Assembly (NCBI GenBank): GCA_002269645.1
Contig: NIVC01003625.1
Span: 1-62,511 of the forward strand
Length of the DNA: 62,511 bases
Origin: Macrostomum lignano
Lineage: Eukaryota
Direction: 5' to 3'
Part shown: piece by piece, positions 38,674 to 52,169 of the stretch
How positions within the stretch are numbered: position 1 is the first letter of the stretch
How the letters are laid out: each line of letters starts with the position of its first letter
Program-made: the position numbers and the translations under genes
The notes under the pieces: model-generated
What the model saw: only the letters and a program-made list of their open reading frames with translations
Database searches by the model: none
What the model was told of the DNA's origin: nothing

Positions 38674-40160
38674 TGTGCAGGCTTATATTGCCTTGGCTGA
38701 AATAGTGAATGCTATAGTGCCTGCTGTGCGGGGAACTACTTAGGGAAACGTGAAGAGAAATTCTCTGCTAACACGCTAGCTTCGTACTTAATTCGCAGGC
38801 CATAGACACGGACTATAGACTGAAGATTTCGTATAAATACATCCCAGCTGTGGGAAAAAGTTTCTGAGCTGACTACTCCGCTGATAAAAGTCAAAGTTCA
38901 GTAGTTACATTTTTTGTACTCGGGTAGATGATCTTTCACACAGATAGATACGCACTTACACTTAAATACATTTAGTATTTAGATTTACTTACTTAGTAAT
39001 ACTTAGTAAAGAGTATTTAGTAGTCACTGAGTAAATAGGAGGGCTGTCCCAAAAGTAGTATTTCGTTCGTATTTTTTATTATATCTCTCGTTTTGATGAT
39101 TCAAATAACATCATTTCGCAACTACGCGGGGTGAGGCAGCGTAATAATCCGTACGATGCCGAAACAAATTATTTCAAACTCAGTCCAAACTTGGCGTGGT
39201 TGAAAAGTGCATTTTCTGTACAGCTGAAATTGATATCCTGGGTTGCTATGCTACGCCAATTGTACTCATGGTCTAGCAGAGGCATGAATATTTGAATAAA
39301 TCTGCAATGCTAGACAAAATCAAGGGTGGATAAGGGTGTAAGTTAAACAGAACAGATATAGCAACCAGTGATGGAGAATGCAGAACAATCGATAACTCTG
39401 CAGAAAAAGGGGAACAAAAGACTGGAAAGAGAAGCATCTGCATCCGGGATGGTAGGCTGCGTGTACTCAGGAGGTAGCAGATTGGGGTAGGCCAGGGAAA
39501 AGCCTCCGAGTTTAGAGCAAGGCAGAGAGATCTCTGTATACGGTTTTCAGTTTTTTTCGACGCATATCTCAATCAAAATTCTCGACCAATTCTTGACAGA
39601 ATTTCTTGACAGAAATTCTTGACAGAAAACTGCACGAATGCTTCTTCGGACTTTTTTGCTTATTCGGAGTCTGATACACGAGCCACATATTCCCCATACC
39701 GGTACATGCAGTACTCCTGCTCTGTCTGAATGTATTGAGGAAAAGTACAATAATTCAACTTTGCAACGAATTGGGTTATTAACTAAGAGTGTTCTTAACA
39801 CAGCTTAACTTCTCATGGAATGTATTGTACTATAGAAATATTGTATATAGAAATATTATCGCAGTGGTCTTCGCATTTGAGAAACGTGTCATTTACATTT
39901 AGAACAAAGCATTTCGCAATGCCTGTTTAGGCATAGAAGACACAGCACACGAAAGAGGAAATTTTACGAATTGGAATATAATGTATTCGCTTGTAATCTC
40001 TGCAGACAATTAGGCGCATTTTTTAGGATTAGGTGCATCTTTTAGACAACGAAACTTCTGCAATGTCAAAAGAGACGTTCAATTGTCCAGCTTATCATCG
40101 GATCAGTTACAGAAAACCATGCGCACTACTTCAATTCTGCAATACTATATGCATACAACG

Positions 40161-42108
40161 CTAGCAAGGTATGCACAGACAGGATTTGGCTTTGCCTCCA
40201 GCAGAAGCAGCGGCAGATTCATTAGCGAGAACCAAAGTCTCCCAGTCGTCATCATCGTCCAGCTCTCCATTCTCTCTCGCAATCGAATCCAGATCGCAGT
40301 CGTGCTGAACTGTCCAATGCGCGACTCGAACTCCGGACTGCAGTCTGTCCACCAGTCGTCGGCAGGCTTGAACGTCTCGACGAAGCTGTCGAGCTATCGC
40401 TTCGGACGGGCCGGCAGTGGCAGAAGCTCCTGAGCTTGCAGGCTCGTCAGCAGGTGTGACTTCACCGGGCAGGGCTGCGGCAGCGATGGCGCATCTCTGC
40501 CTTGCAGCATTGCCGCTCATCGTCACGTTGAAGAACCTTCGATCAGCTGGTCCGAGACCAGTCTGAACAGGCCTTTTAGGCCCCAGCTCCATCAGTGCGA
40601 GAGCTCGCTGCATGTTGTCTCCAGTGGACTCGGCCAGCTGCAGCAGAGTTGCAAATCTCGCCTCCCAGTCGCGCCAAGCGGACGACTCGCCATCTCCAAC
40701 GGCATCGCTGCTTTGAGCCCGGCGCTGCTGCAGCTGCTGCTGGGCTTGCACTGTTGGCAGGGCATTGTCCGCTGTGACAGTCAGGGCTACGAGCAGGCGA
40801 GACCAGACCTCTGCCACCTGTTCAGTGAATTAAAGTTGCTAAAATTTATGTGAACTGTATCCTAACGCGTGCTGTAGGATATAAGGTAGTGCGCTTTCAC
40901 TGCATCCAGATTTACTGACATTTCACTGACTTCTGAGCACATTTAAATGCGCCAATACTGTACGCAGGTACGTACTCATACACACGCTCACACATTATGT
41001 ACAGCGGACCTGACATTCTAATCTCTGTGTGCCTTGGGGGGTTGGCCTGCGTTGGCCCCAGCTCTCTAGTGACAATCTTGCAGCCAGGGACTTCTCAATA
41101 CTCGGGACGGGAAACTACCTACAGAAGTTGGAGGCTGATCTTTTAATATACTTTTTTGCGATTGAATTCGTCCAAACTGCAAAACCTTTCGTCCACAAAT
41201 GCTTTATTAATGGGAGCTAAATTTAGATCATACCATAGACAACTGTGTTCACGCAAAACGGTTCATCCAGTTTGTAAAACATTTCGTCTAAACCCTTCGT
41301 CCAAAGAACAAGCAGCTGTCTTTCTCTTGATCCCAAGGATATCGGCCAGTTGTTTCCAATCGCGGCCTTCTTCAACAGCCAAGGCTAATCGCCTGCGGTC
41401 TTCGTTTGACACTGGATGGTAGGGGCCTCGGTTCATCTTCGACTGTTTTGCCGGGTTCAGAATGGAAGATATGCGTTGCTGTAGCTGTAGTGGTAGCAAA
41501 AGCGAACTGTCAATTGGGTGTTAACTATGGTAGGAACAGTACACTCGGTCTCTAGTCTAGGGGACGAAATGTTTTACAAACTGGATGAACCGTTTTGCGC
41601 GAACACAGTTGTCTATGGTATGATCTAAATTTAGCTCCCATTAAGAAAGCATTTGTGGACGAAAGGTTTTGCAGTTTGGACGAATTCAATCGCAAAAAAG
41701 TATAATAACTTAGTCCTCGAAAAGCATTACTTACGAGCGTAGATAGGTTTTACCTTGTAGACAGTGACTTTGCGTCTGTGGTAGAAACCTATTGAAACTA
41801 TGCTTTTTCATGGACTAAGTTATTAATAAATTGGCCTCCAATTCTTGCCGTTTCCCGTCTCTAGTCATTGAGTAGTCCATGCTTGCAGCCTCCCAGCATA
41901 AAGAGATACAATACAAGACATGGTTACCATTTGGAGACATTTTCTCATTCACCTGTTGAGAAGCGCCTCGAATGTTGGCTTCAGATCCGCTTTGCAGACT
42001 ACTGCTTATGTACCTAGTGAGCAGTTTGCACTGAGCAAGCCATTTGCTCAGCTGGCGCAATTGGCTAGACAGTTGCTCTGCTGTGATGCTTGGACTCACT
42101 GAAGTCAT
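40161..42108 (-). CDS. Putative 2-exon orphan gene (~270 aa, helical/coiled-coil-like), copy 1
   Basis: Exon 42108-41953 (ATG, CAG|GTGAAT donor, phase 0) joins exon 40817-40161 (AACAG|GTG acceptor) and ends KSCLCIPC*. No family recognised. Confidence 0.6.
41149..41702. mobile_element. Internally deleted Tc1/IS630-like transposon with 140-bp TIRs, copy 1
   Basis: 41149-41288 is the reverse complement of 41563-41702 (2 mismatches); TA flanks; the internal minus-strand remnant RGPYHPVSNEDRRRLALAVEEGRDWKQLADILGIKRKTA resembles a transposase HTH. Confidence 0.82.
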
Positions 42109-42883
42109 TTGTTGTCCGACGCTAGCAAATTACCTAGTGATTTCGTGGAAAATTTATTCCAAAATAAGGCATTGTTTCTTTTAAAATTGGATAGCCAAAA
42201 TTGGGAGCTGTGGTAGCTATATCTAGCTTCATTTGAAAGACACAGATGTATGGCGAACGAATGGCGACGTTCGGGGGTGGAGGTAGTTTGAGACATTGCG
42301 GGGGGGGGGAAGAGATGGAACGAAGAATAGGAAATGAGAGAGCCGGAGATTGGCTTCAGACAGAGGGGAGGTGGGCACTCTAGCAACTAATAGTTATGCT
42401 ACGGGTCGGGTTTCTCTCACCTGAGCGTACAGCATAGCCCAGTCACATCATAGGGGAAACACAAGCATTGGTCTACGTCTCTCCCCAAGCCAAAGCAGAC
42501 TGCATGGTCCTGCCTGCCAACCCCACTGCAGCTCAGTCTGGCTAGCGATGCGGGGAGGGTCAGAGAGGACTTTTACGAGCTAACGGGCTTGAAATGGGTG
42601 GAAACCGATTGACGCGGAAAGGGGGGGGGCGACTATAGGAAATTGGGAGTTGGAGTGTTCTGCGAGCTTGGCTAACAGGATGAATGACAACGAGAGAGAG
42701 GCTGGGACTGGTAGTTAAGCGGCTGTTAAAGTGCACGTAATGGCGATAGGACTTGATCGAGCAAGTAAAACATGCTTGGATAACAGAGATGAGGACTGAG
42801 CAAATGTGAATTAGTTTAGCGGTAAATTTGTTGAATAAAGTTGGCTATCTTATATGCAAGGCAAGCAAAGCAATGCATGGGAT

Positions 42884-44004
42884 CAGGGGCGCGTCATGGA
42901 TTTTATGGTGGGAGGGGACAAGGCCAAGAATTTTACATGCACAATGTTTTGAGAATTGGTGTTGTAATAGCACTCATTTTGGCGCCGCAAACACCCATTT
43001 TGGAACCGCAGGCTCTGATTTTGGCGCCGCAGGCACTCATTTTGGCGCCGCAGGCACTCATTTTGGCGCCGCAGGCACTCATTTTCGTTCTACAAGCACT
43101 CATTTTGGCACTGCATTTTGGCACCGCAGGCACTCAATTTGGCACCGCAGTCACTCATTTTGGTGCCGCAGGCACTCATTTTGGCGCCGCAGGTACTCAT
43201 TTTGGCGCCGCAGGCACTCATTTTCGCTCTACAAGCACTCATTTTGGCACTGCATTTTGGCACCGCAGGCACTCAATTTGGCGCCGCAGGTACTCATTTT
43301 GGCGCCGCAGGCACTCATTTTCGCTCTACAAGCACTCATTTTGGCACTGCATTTTGGCACCGCAGGCACTCATTTTGGCGCCGCAGGTACTCATTTTGGC
43401 GCCGCAGGCACTCATTTTCTCTCTACAAGCACTCATTTTTGCACTGCATTTTGGCACCGCAGGCACTCAATTTGGCGCCGCAGGCACTCATTTTGGCGCC
43501 GCAGGCACTCATTTTCTCTCTACAAGCACTCATTTTTGCACTGCATTTTGGCACCGCAGGCACTCAATTTGGCGCCGCAGTCACTCATTTTGGCGCCGCA
43601 GGCACTCATTTTGGCGCCGCGGGCACTCATTTTGGCGCCGCAGGCACTCATTTTGGCGCCGCAGGCACTCATTTTGGCGCCGCAGGCACTCATTTTCGCT
43701 CTACAAGCACTCATTTTGGCACTGCATTTTGGCACCGCAGGCACTCAATTTGGCACCGCAGTCACTCATTTTGGCGCCGCAGGCACTCAATATGGCGCCA
43801 GAGGCACTCATTTTGGCGCTAGAGGCAGGTACTGATTTTGGCGCTGAAGTCGCTACATACTGGCGCCCTGAAGCAAAATTATTGATTTCCATAATGGATC
43901 CCAAGGTTGGGCGGGGGGGGCATAGTATTGGCATGTCCAATTATAGCTTTTACTCGGGAGGGGGGAGACAGATCCCCCCTGTACCCCAGGTGGCGACGCC
44001 CCTG
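42884..44004. mobile_element. Non-autonomous hAT-type MITE carrying a 21-bp minisatellite, copy 1
   Basis: Termini CAGGGGCG...CGCCCCTG; perfect 8-bp TSD CATGGGAT (42876-42883, 44005-44012); internal GGCACTCATTTTGGCGCCGCA array with higher-order units. Confidence 0.88.
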
Positions 44005-45527
44005 CATGGGATCTAGCTATGTGTAAGCCGGCTTTGGGAAAAAAACAACTTTTCGGGATCATAAATGCAGTCACTAAGCGCTTTGATGGAAACATGAAAC
44101 GGTTTAAAAGAGACGAACGGGTAGGAGTCTCACTGCTGTACAAGCATAACAACCTCTTGTCAATCATTGATCGACAATAAAGCTGCATTACAGTCAAAAC
44201 CTTTTGCATTACCATGTCCATCTAATGTAAATTGTTCCGTTTCTATGGCAACTATTCTGATCGGATTTCAATCGGAGTTAGAGTGCGCCTCAGGGTCCTG
44301 CCAGTGCAAGCACGGATCATCAGCTCGTCCTCATTTGAGCAAGCTATCGAAATTTAAATTACATACGAGTTTTAGCTGAAATAATACCGTTTAAATTCCG
44401 TTAGTTCTGCCCTCCGAGGATAAAACTCTGCAAAAAGGGGATAATCTCTTCAGATTTAATTGAATCTCTTCAGACACATCGACTAGAATCTGTTGCAGGT
44501 GCCTTGGGGATTAGCGGAAGCAAATCGATCTAATGGATCGGCTACTCAAAATATTAGTTTTTGGTGGTAACTCCTGCAAATGGGCAAGGGTAAATCAGGA
44601 TTTCTGCAATTTGCTTTTAGTTACTTACTTTTAGCAGAAAAGAATTTTTTATGAAAATCTCCAGTCGCTCATTTTGCCTACTTTAAGTAGCATATAATAT
44701 ATTTGATAAAAACATTCCTGCATCTGCACTAACGCACTAACCGGTTAACAGTAGAAAGACCACGCTATTTTTCCCCATGGGTAAGATTTGATAATTTAAT
44801 AAAATACTGTTTTTGTGTTCAGTACACAAATTGACAAGCGAGAAAAGAAATTCTCAAGAAATTGTTCCACTGCTAAATGAGTGCCAACACCTGTGGCTGC
44901 AGCGGCAGCAGCCAAAGACGCTCTGGCCGCTCAGCTCGGGCAATTGACCAAAGAGCTGCATAAAAAGCGACGGCTTTCAGAAAGAAGCGAAGGACACGCA
45001 GCGGCAGCCACCGCAGCCTCCGCCGATGCGGCCACTTCAAAATCTGATCAGGAGAATGACGCAATCGATCCAGTAACTGATGACGTCATGATCCCAATGG
45101 ACACCAGCGGCGATTTGTTTGAAATCAAATGCGCCAATAATGATGTCACCATTCAGGATAAAACTAGCCCCGGATTCCAGGCTACAGTGCCTGTTAGTTA
45201 CCATGGCAATGGACAGGCTGAGCTAAATTGTTCATTTACATTTAGAAATTGTTCTAAATTTACATTTAGAACAAAGCATTTCGCAATGCCTGTTTAGGCA
45301 TAGAAGACACAGCACACGAAAGAGGAAATTTTACGAATTGGAATATAATGTATTCGCTTGTAATCTCTGCAGACAATTAGGCGCATTTTTTAGGATTAGG
45401 TGCATCTTTTAGACAACGAAACTTCTGCAATGTCAAAAGAGACGTTCAATTGTCCAGCTTATCATCGGATCAGTTACAGAAAACCATGCGCACTACTTCA
45501 ATTCTGCAATACTATATGCATACAACG

Positions 45528-47475
45528 CTAGCAAGGTATGCACAGACAGGATTTGGCTTTGCCTCCAGCAGAAGCAGCGGCAGATTCATTAGCGAGAACC
45601 AAAGTCTCCCAGTCGTCATCATCGTCCAGCTCTCCATTCTCTCTCGCAATCGAATCCAGATCGCAGTCGTGCTGAACTGTCCAATGCGCGACTCGAACTC
45701 CGGACTGCAGTCTGTCCACCAGTCGTCGGCAGGCTTGAACGTCTCGACGAAGCTGTCGAGCTATCGCTTCGGACGGGCCGGCAGTGGCAGAAGCTCCTGA
45801 GCTTGCAGGCTCGTCAGCAGGTGTGACTTCACCGGGCAGGGCTGCGGCAGCGATGGCGCATCTCTGCCTTGCAGCATTGCCGCTCATCGTCACGTTGAAG
45901 AACCTTCGATCAGCTGGTCCGAGACCAGTCTGAACAGGCCTTTTAGGCCCCAGCTCCATCAGTGCGAGAGCTCGCTGCATGTTGTCTCCAGTGGACTCGG
46001 CCAGCTGCAGCAGAGTTGCAAATCTCGCCTCCCAGTCGCGCCAAGCGGACGACTCGCCATCTCCAACGGCATCGCTGCTTTGAGCCCGGCGCTGCTGCAG
46101 CTGCTGCTGGGCTTGCACTGTTGGCAGGGCATTGTCCGCTGTGACAGTCAGGGCTACGAGCAGGCGAGACCAGACCTCTGCCACCTGTTCAGTGAATTAA
46201 AGTTGCTAAAATTTATGTGAACTGTATCCTAACGCGTGCTGTAGGATATAAGGTAGTGCGCTTTCACTGCATCCAGATTTACTGACATTTCACTGACTTC
46301 TGAGCACATTTAAATGCGCCAATACTGTACGCAGGTACGTACTCATACACACGCTCACACATTATGTACAGCGGACCTGACATTCTAATCTCTGTGTGCC
46401 TTGGGGGGTTGGCCTGCGTTGGCCCCAGCTCTCTAGTGACAATCTTGCAGCCAGGGACTTCTCAATACTCGGGACGGGAAACTACCTACAGAAGTTGGAG
46501 GCTGATCTTTTAATATACTTTTTTGCGATTGAATTCGTCCAAACTGCAAAACCTTTCGTCCACAAATGCTTTATTAATGGGAGCTAAATTTAGATCATAC
46601 CATAGACAACTGTGTTCACGCAAAACGGTTCATCCAGTTTGTAAAACATTTCGTCTAAACCCTTCGTCCAAAGAACAAGCAGCTGTCTTTCTCTTGATCC
46701 CAAGGATATCGGCCAGTTGTTTCCAATCGCGGCCTTCTTCAACAGCCAAGGCTAATCGCCTGCGGTCTTCGTTTGACACTGGATGGTAGGGGCCTCGGTT
46801 CATCTTCGACTGTTTTGCCGGGTTCAGAATGGAAGATATGCGTTGCTGTAGCTGTAGTGGTAGCAAAAGCGAACTGTCAATTGGGTGTTAACTATGGTAG
46901 GAACAGTACACTCGGTCTCTAGTCTAGGGGACGAAATGTTTTACAAACTGGATGAACCGTTTTGCGCGAACACAGTTGTCTATGGTATGATCTAAATTTA
47001 GCTCCCATTAAGAAAGCATTTGTGGACGAAAGGTTTTGCAGTTTGGACGAATTCAATCGCAAAAAAGTATAATAACTTAATCCTCGAAAAGCATTACTTA
47101 CGAGCGTAGATAGGTTTTACCTTGTAGACAGTGACTTTGCGTCTGTGGTAGAAACCTATTGAAACTATGCTTTTTCATGGACTAAGTTATTAATAAATTG
47201 GCCTCCAATTCTTGCCGTTTCCCGTCTCTAGTCATTGAGTAGTCCATGCTTGCAGCCTCCCAGCATAAAGAGATACAATACAAGACATGGTTACCATTTG
47301 GAGACATTTTCTCATTCACCTGTTGAGAAGCGCCTCGAATGTTGGCTTCAGATCCGCTTTGCAGACTACTGCTTATGTACCTAGTGAGCAGTTTGCACTG
47401 AGCAAGCCATTTGCTCAGCTGGCGCAATTGGCTAGACAGTTGCTCTGCTGTGATGCTTGGACTCACTGAAGTCAT
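45528..47475 (-). CDS. Putative 2-exon orphan gene, copy 2
   Basis: Exons 47475-47320 and 46184-45528; translation identical to copy 1. Confidence 0.6.
46516..47069. mobile_element. Internally deleted Tc1/IS630-like transposon, copy 2
   Basis: Duplicate of 41149-41702 within the tandem duplication. Confidence 0.82.
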
Positions 47476-48249
47476 TTGTTGTCCGACGCTAGCAAATTAC
47501 CTAGTGATTTCGTGGAAAATTTATTCCAAAATAAGGCATTGTTTCTTTTAAAATTGGATAGCCAAAATTGGGAGCTGTGGTAGCTATATCTAGCTTCATT
47601 TGAAAGACACAGATGTATGGCGAACGAATGGCGACGTTCGGGGGTGGAGGTAGTTTGAGACATTGCGGGGGGGGGAAGAGATGGAACGAAGAATAGGAAA
47701 TGAGAGAGCCGGAGATTGGCTTCAGACAGAGGGGAGGTGGGCACTCTAGCAACTAATAGTTATGCTACGGGTCGGGTTTCTCTCACCTGAGCGTACAGCA
47801 TAGCCCAGTCACATCATAGGGGAAACACAAGCATTGGTCTACGTCTCTCCCCAAGCCAAAGCAGACTGCATGGTCCTGCCTGCCAACCCCACTGCAGCTC
47901 AGTCTGGCTAGCGATGCGGGGAGGGTCAGAGAGGACTTTTACGAGCTAACGGGCTTGAAATGGGTGGAAACCGATTGACGCGGAAAGGGGGGGGGCGACT
48001 ATAGGAAATTGGGAGTTGGAGTGTTCTGCGAGCTTGGCTAACAGGATGAATGACAACGAGAGAGAGGCTGGGACTGGTAGTTAAGCGGCTGTTAAAGTGC
48101 ACGTAATGGCGATAGGACTTGATCGAGCAAGTAAAACATGCTTGGATAACAGAGATGAGGACTGAGCAAATGTGAATTAGTTTAGCGGTAAATTTGTTGA
48201 ATAAAGTTGGCTATCTTATATGCAAGGCAAGCAAAGCAATGCATGGGAT

Positions 48250-49370
48250 CAGGGGCGCGTCATGGATTTTATGGTGGGAGGGGACAAGGCCAAGAATTTT
48301 ACATGCACAATGTTTTGAGAATTGGTGTTGTAATAGCACTCATTTTGGCGCCGCAAACACCCATTTTGGAACCGCAGGCTCTGATTTTGGCGCCGCAGGC
48401 ACTCATTTTGGCGCCGCAGGCACTCATTTTGGCGCCGCAGGCACTCATTTTCGTTCTACAAGCACTCATTTTGGCACTGCATTTTGGCACCGCAGGCACT
48501 CAATTTGGCACCGCAGTCACTCATTTTGGTGCCGCAGGCACTCATTTTGGCGCCGCAGGTACTCATTTTGGCGCCGCAGGCACTCATTTTCGCTCTACAA
48601 GCACTCATTTTGGCACTGCATTTTGGCACCGCAGGCACTCAATTTGGCGCCGCAGGTACTCATTTTGGCGCCGCAGGCACTCATTTTCGCTCTACAAGCA
48701 CTCATTTTGGCACTGCATTTTGGCACCGCAGGCACTCATTTTGGCGCCGCAGGTACTCATTTTGGCGCCGCAGGCACTCATTTTCTCTCTACAAGCACTC
48801 ATTTTTGCACTGCATTTTGGCACCGCAGGCACTCAATTTGGCGCCGCAGGCACTCATTTTGGCGCCGCAGGCACTCATTTTCTCTCTACAAGCACTCATT
48901 TTTGCACTGCATTTTGGCACCGCAGGCACTCAATTTGGCGCCGCAGTCACTCATTTTGGCGCCGCAGGCACTCATTTTGGCGCCGCGGGCACTCATTTTG
49001 GCGCCGCAGGCACTCATTTTGGCGCCGCAGGCACTCATTTTGGCGCCGCAGGCACTCATTTTCGCTCTACAAGCACTCATTTTGGCACTGCATTTTGGCA
49101 CCGCAGGCACTCAATTTGGCACCGCAGTCACTCATTTTGGCGCCGCAGGCACTCAATATGGCGCCAGAGGCACTCATTTTGGCGCTAGAGGCAGGTACTG
49201 ATTTTGGCGCTGAAGTCGCTACATACTGGCGCCCTGAAGCAAAATTATTGATTTCCATAATGGATCCCAAGGTTGGGCGGGGGGGGCATAGTATTGGCAT
49301 GTCCAATTATAGCTTTTACTCGGGAGGGGGGAGACAGATCCCCCTGTACCCCCAGGTGGCGACGCCCCTG
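48250..49370. mobile_element. Non-autonomous hAT-type MITE, copy 2
   Basis: Same termini and CATGGGAT TSD (48242-48249, 49371-49378). Confidence 0.88.
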
Positions 49371-51000
49371 CATGGGATCTAGCTATGTGTAAGCCGGCTT
49401 TGGGAAAAAAACAACTTTTCGGGATCATAAATGCAGTCACTAAGCGCTTTGATGGAAACATGAAACGGTTTAAAAGAGACGAACGGGTAGGAGTCTCACT
49501 GCTGTACAAGCATAACAACCTCTTGTCAATCATTGATCGACAATAAAGCTGCATTACAGTCAAAACCTTTTGCATTACCATGTCCATCTAATGTAAATTG
49601 TTCCGTTTCTATGGCAACTATTCTGATCGGATTTCAATCGGAGTTAGAGTGCGCCTCAGGGTCCTGCCAGTGCAAGCACGGATCATCAGCTCGTCCTCAT
49701 TTGAGCAAGCTATCGAAATTTAAATTACATACGAGTTTTAGCTGAAATAATACCGTTTAAATTCCGTTAGTTCTGCCCTCCGAGGATAAAACTCTGCAAA
49801 AAGGGGATAATCTCTTCAGATTTAATTGAATCTCTTCAGACACATCGACTAGAATCTGTTGCAGGTGCCTTGGGGATTAGCGGAAGCAAATCGATCTAAT
49901 GGATCGGCTACTCAAAATATTAGTTTTTGGTGGTAACTCCTGCAAATGGGCAAGGGTAAATCAGGATTTCTGCAATTTGCTTTTAGTTACTTACTTTTAG
50001 CAGAAAAGAATTTTTTATGAAAATCTCCAGTCGCTCATTTTGCCTACTTTAAGTAGCATATAATATATTTGATAAAAACATTCCTGCATCTGCACTAACG
50101 CACTAACCGGTTAACAGTAGAAAGACCACGCTATTTTTCCCCATGGGTAAGATTTGATAATTTAATAAAATACTGTTTTTGTGTTCAGTACACAAATTGA
50201 CAAGCGAGAAAAGAAATTCTCAAGAAATTGTTCCACTGCTAAATGAGTGCCAACACCTGTGGCTGCAGCGGCAGCAGCCAAAGACGCTCTGGCCGCTCAG
50301 CTCGGGCAATTGACCAAAGAGCTGCATAAAAAGCGACGGCTTTCAGAAAGAAGCGAAGGACACGCAGCGGCAGCCACCGCAGCCTCCGCCGATGCGGCCA
50401 CTTCAAAATCTGATCAGGAGAATGACGCAATCGATCCAGTAACTGATGACGTCATGATCCCAATGGACACCAGCGGCGATTTGTTTGAAATCAAATGCGC
50501 CAATAATGATGTCACCATTCAGGATAAAACTAGCCCCGGATTCCAGGCTACAGTGCCTGTTAGTTACCATGGCAATGGACAGGCTGAGCCTGTCGACATT
50601 GATGCAGAATCCTGTTTCGCCTGTTCTTAGAAGAACTATCAGCGATTACCGGAGCAATAGCTAGAGTGCATTGAGGCACCGCTAGAGGGAGAAGGCTTAA
50701 GCGAAACCGCAGTTTGGCGCAGGGTACCCATTGTTGATACGAGGCCTCCGATTGGTCCTGACTGCAGATACCGGCCGGAAACACTTCATCGGAAGTACAA
50801 GAAGAACCAGGACCAGAACTGCAAAAGAATCAAGGATCCTGATCTAGCGATCAACTGAGGCCAGTGACGAGAAAAACTGAAGAGATCTCTCATCTGAAGT
50901 CAAGGTAAACAGTACTTTGACTTGATAACTGAATTGCCTAACAATCGCTAGAAGTGATTGTTCCTTGATTACAAAGAAGGTCTGGTAATAAGGAACACAT

Positions 51001-51975
51001 CATAAGCTACCAGCCTCCCAGATCCCCAGATTAAGCTACCAGCCTCTCAGATCCCCAGATTAAGCTACCAGCCTCTCAGATCCCCAGATTAAGCTACCAG
51101 CGATAATCAAAATTTATAGCGACGCGTCTCGCACGAAACTGTGCATCTTCAAGCTAGGTATATTTTGAGCGAAAAACGAGTGAGAACGGCAATAAATACA
51201 ATTTTTTTGGGTTATAGATTAAGCTACCACAATACCAGATCCCCATATTAAGCTACCAGCCTCCCAGATCCCACAGATTAAGCTGCTAGCCTCCCAGATC
51301 CCCAGATTAAGCTACCACAATACCAGATCCCCATATTAAGCTACCAGCCTCCCAGATCCCACAGATTAAGCTGCTAGCCTCCCAGATCCCCAGATTAAGC
51401 TACCACAATACCAGATCCCCATATTAAGCTACCAGCCTCCCAGATCCCCAGATTAAGCTACCAGCCTCCCAGATCCCACAAATTAAGCTGCCAGCCTCCC
51501 AGATCCCCAGATTAAGCTACCACAATACCAGATCCCCATATTAAGCTACCAGCCTCCCAGATCCCCAGATTAAGCTACCAGCCTCTCAGATCCCCAATTT
51601 AAGCTACCACAATACCAGATCCCCAGATTAAGCTACCACAATACCAGATCCCCAGATTAAGCAACAACAATACCAGATCCCCATATTAAGCTACCACAAT
51701 ACCAGATCCCCATATTAAGCTACCACAATACCAGATCCCCATATTAAGCAACAACAATACCAGATCCCCAGATTAAGCAACAACAATACCAGATCCCCAG
51801 CTTAAGCAACAACAATACCAGATCCTCAGCTTAAGCAAAAACAATACCAGATCCCCAGCTTAAGCAACAACAATACCAGATCCCCAGCTTAAGCAACAAC
51901 AATACCAGATCCCCAGCTTAAGCAACAACAATACCAGATCCCCATATTAAGCTACCACAATACAGGATCCCCAGA
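51001..51975. repeat. 29-bp minisatellite with a ~110-bp interruption
   Basis: Unit ATTAAGCTACCAGCCTCCCAGATCCCCAG grading into CTTAAGCAACAACAATACCAGATCCCCAG; unique insert ~51103-51216. Confidence 0.93.
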
Positions 51976-52169
51976 TTATTCTTCCATAATTAACAATCCA
52001 CCATTTGCGCCACCCATCCGCAGACGCTCTTCCCTGGTTAGGTGGCAGCAGCGGGGATTTTATCCCAACAGCTTCTACGGTCATCTCTTAATCCTCAAGC
52101 GGACTCAGCTGGCTCGTGGGCGATGGAGAGGCGGTGCTGCTGGATGCGAGCTGCTGCTTCGTTGAGCTA

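Larger units (their letters stand above)
39891..50589. repeat. Tandem segmental duplication: 39891-45223 and 45258-50589 with a 34-bp junction filler
   Basis: ORF track repeats at offset 5367/5366. Differences seen: one substitution (G41713/A47080) and homopolymer-length changes. Confidence 0.97.

Noticed and set aside
39048-39070. Mariner-like terminus AGGGCTGTCCCAAAAGT
   Set aside because: No matching inverted partner found in the window.
39891-50589. Tandem duplication as a pure assembly artefact
   Set aside because: The junction has a 34-bp templated filler and the copies differ by a non-homopolymer substitution; still needs read confirmation.
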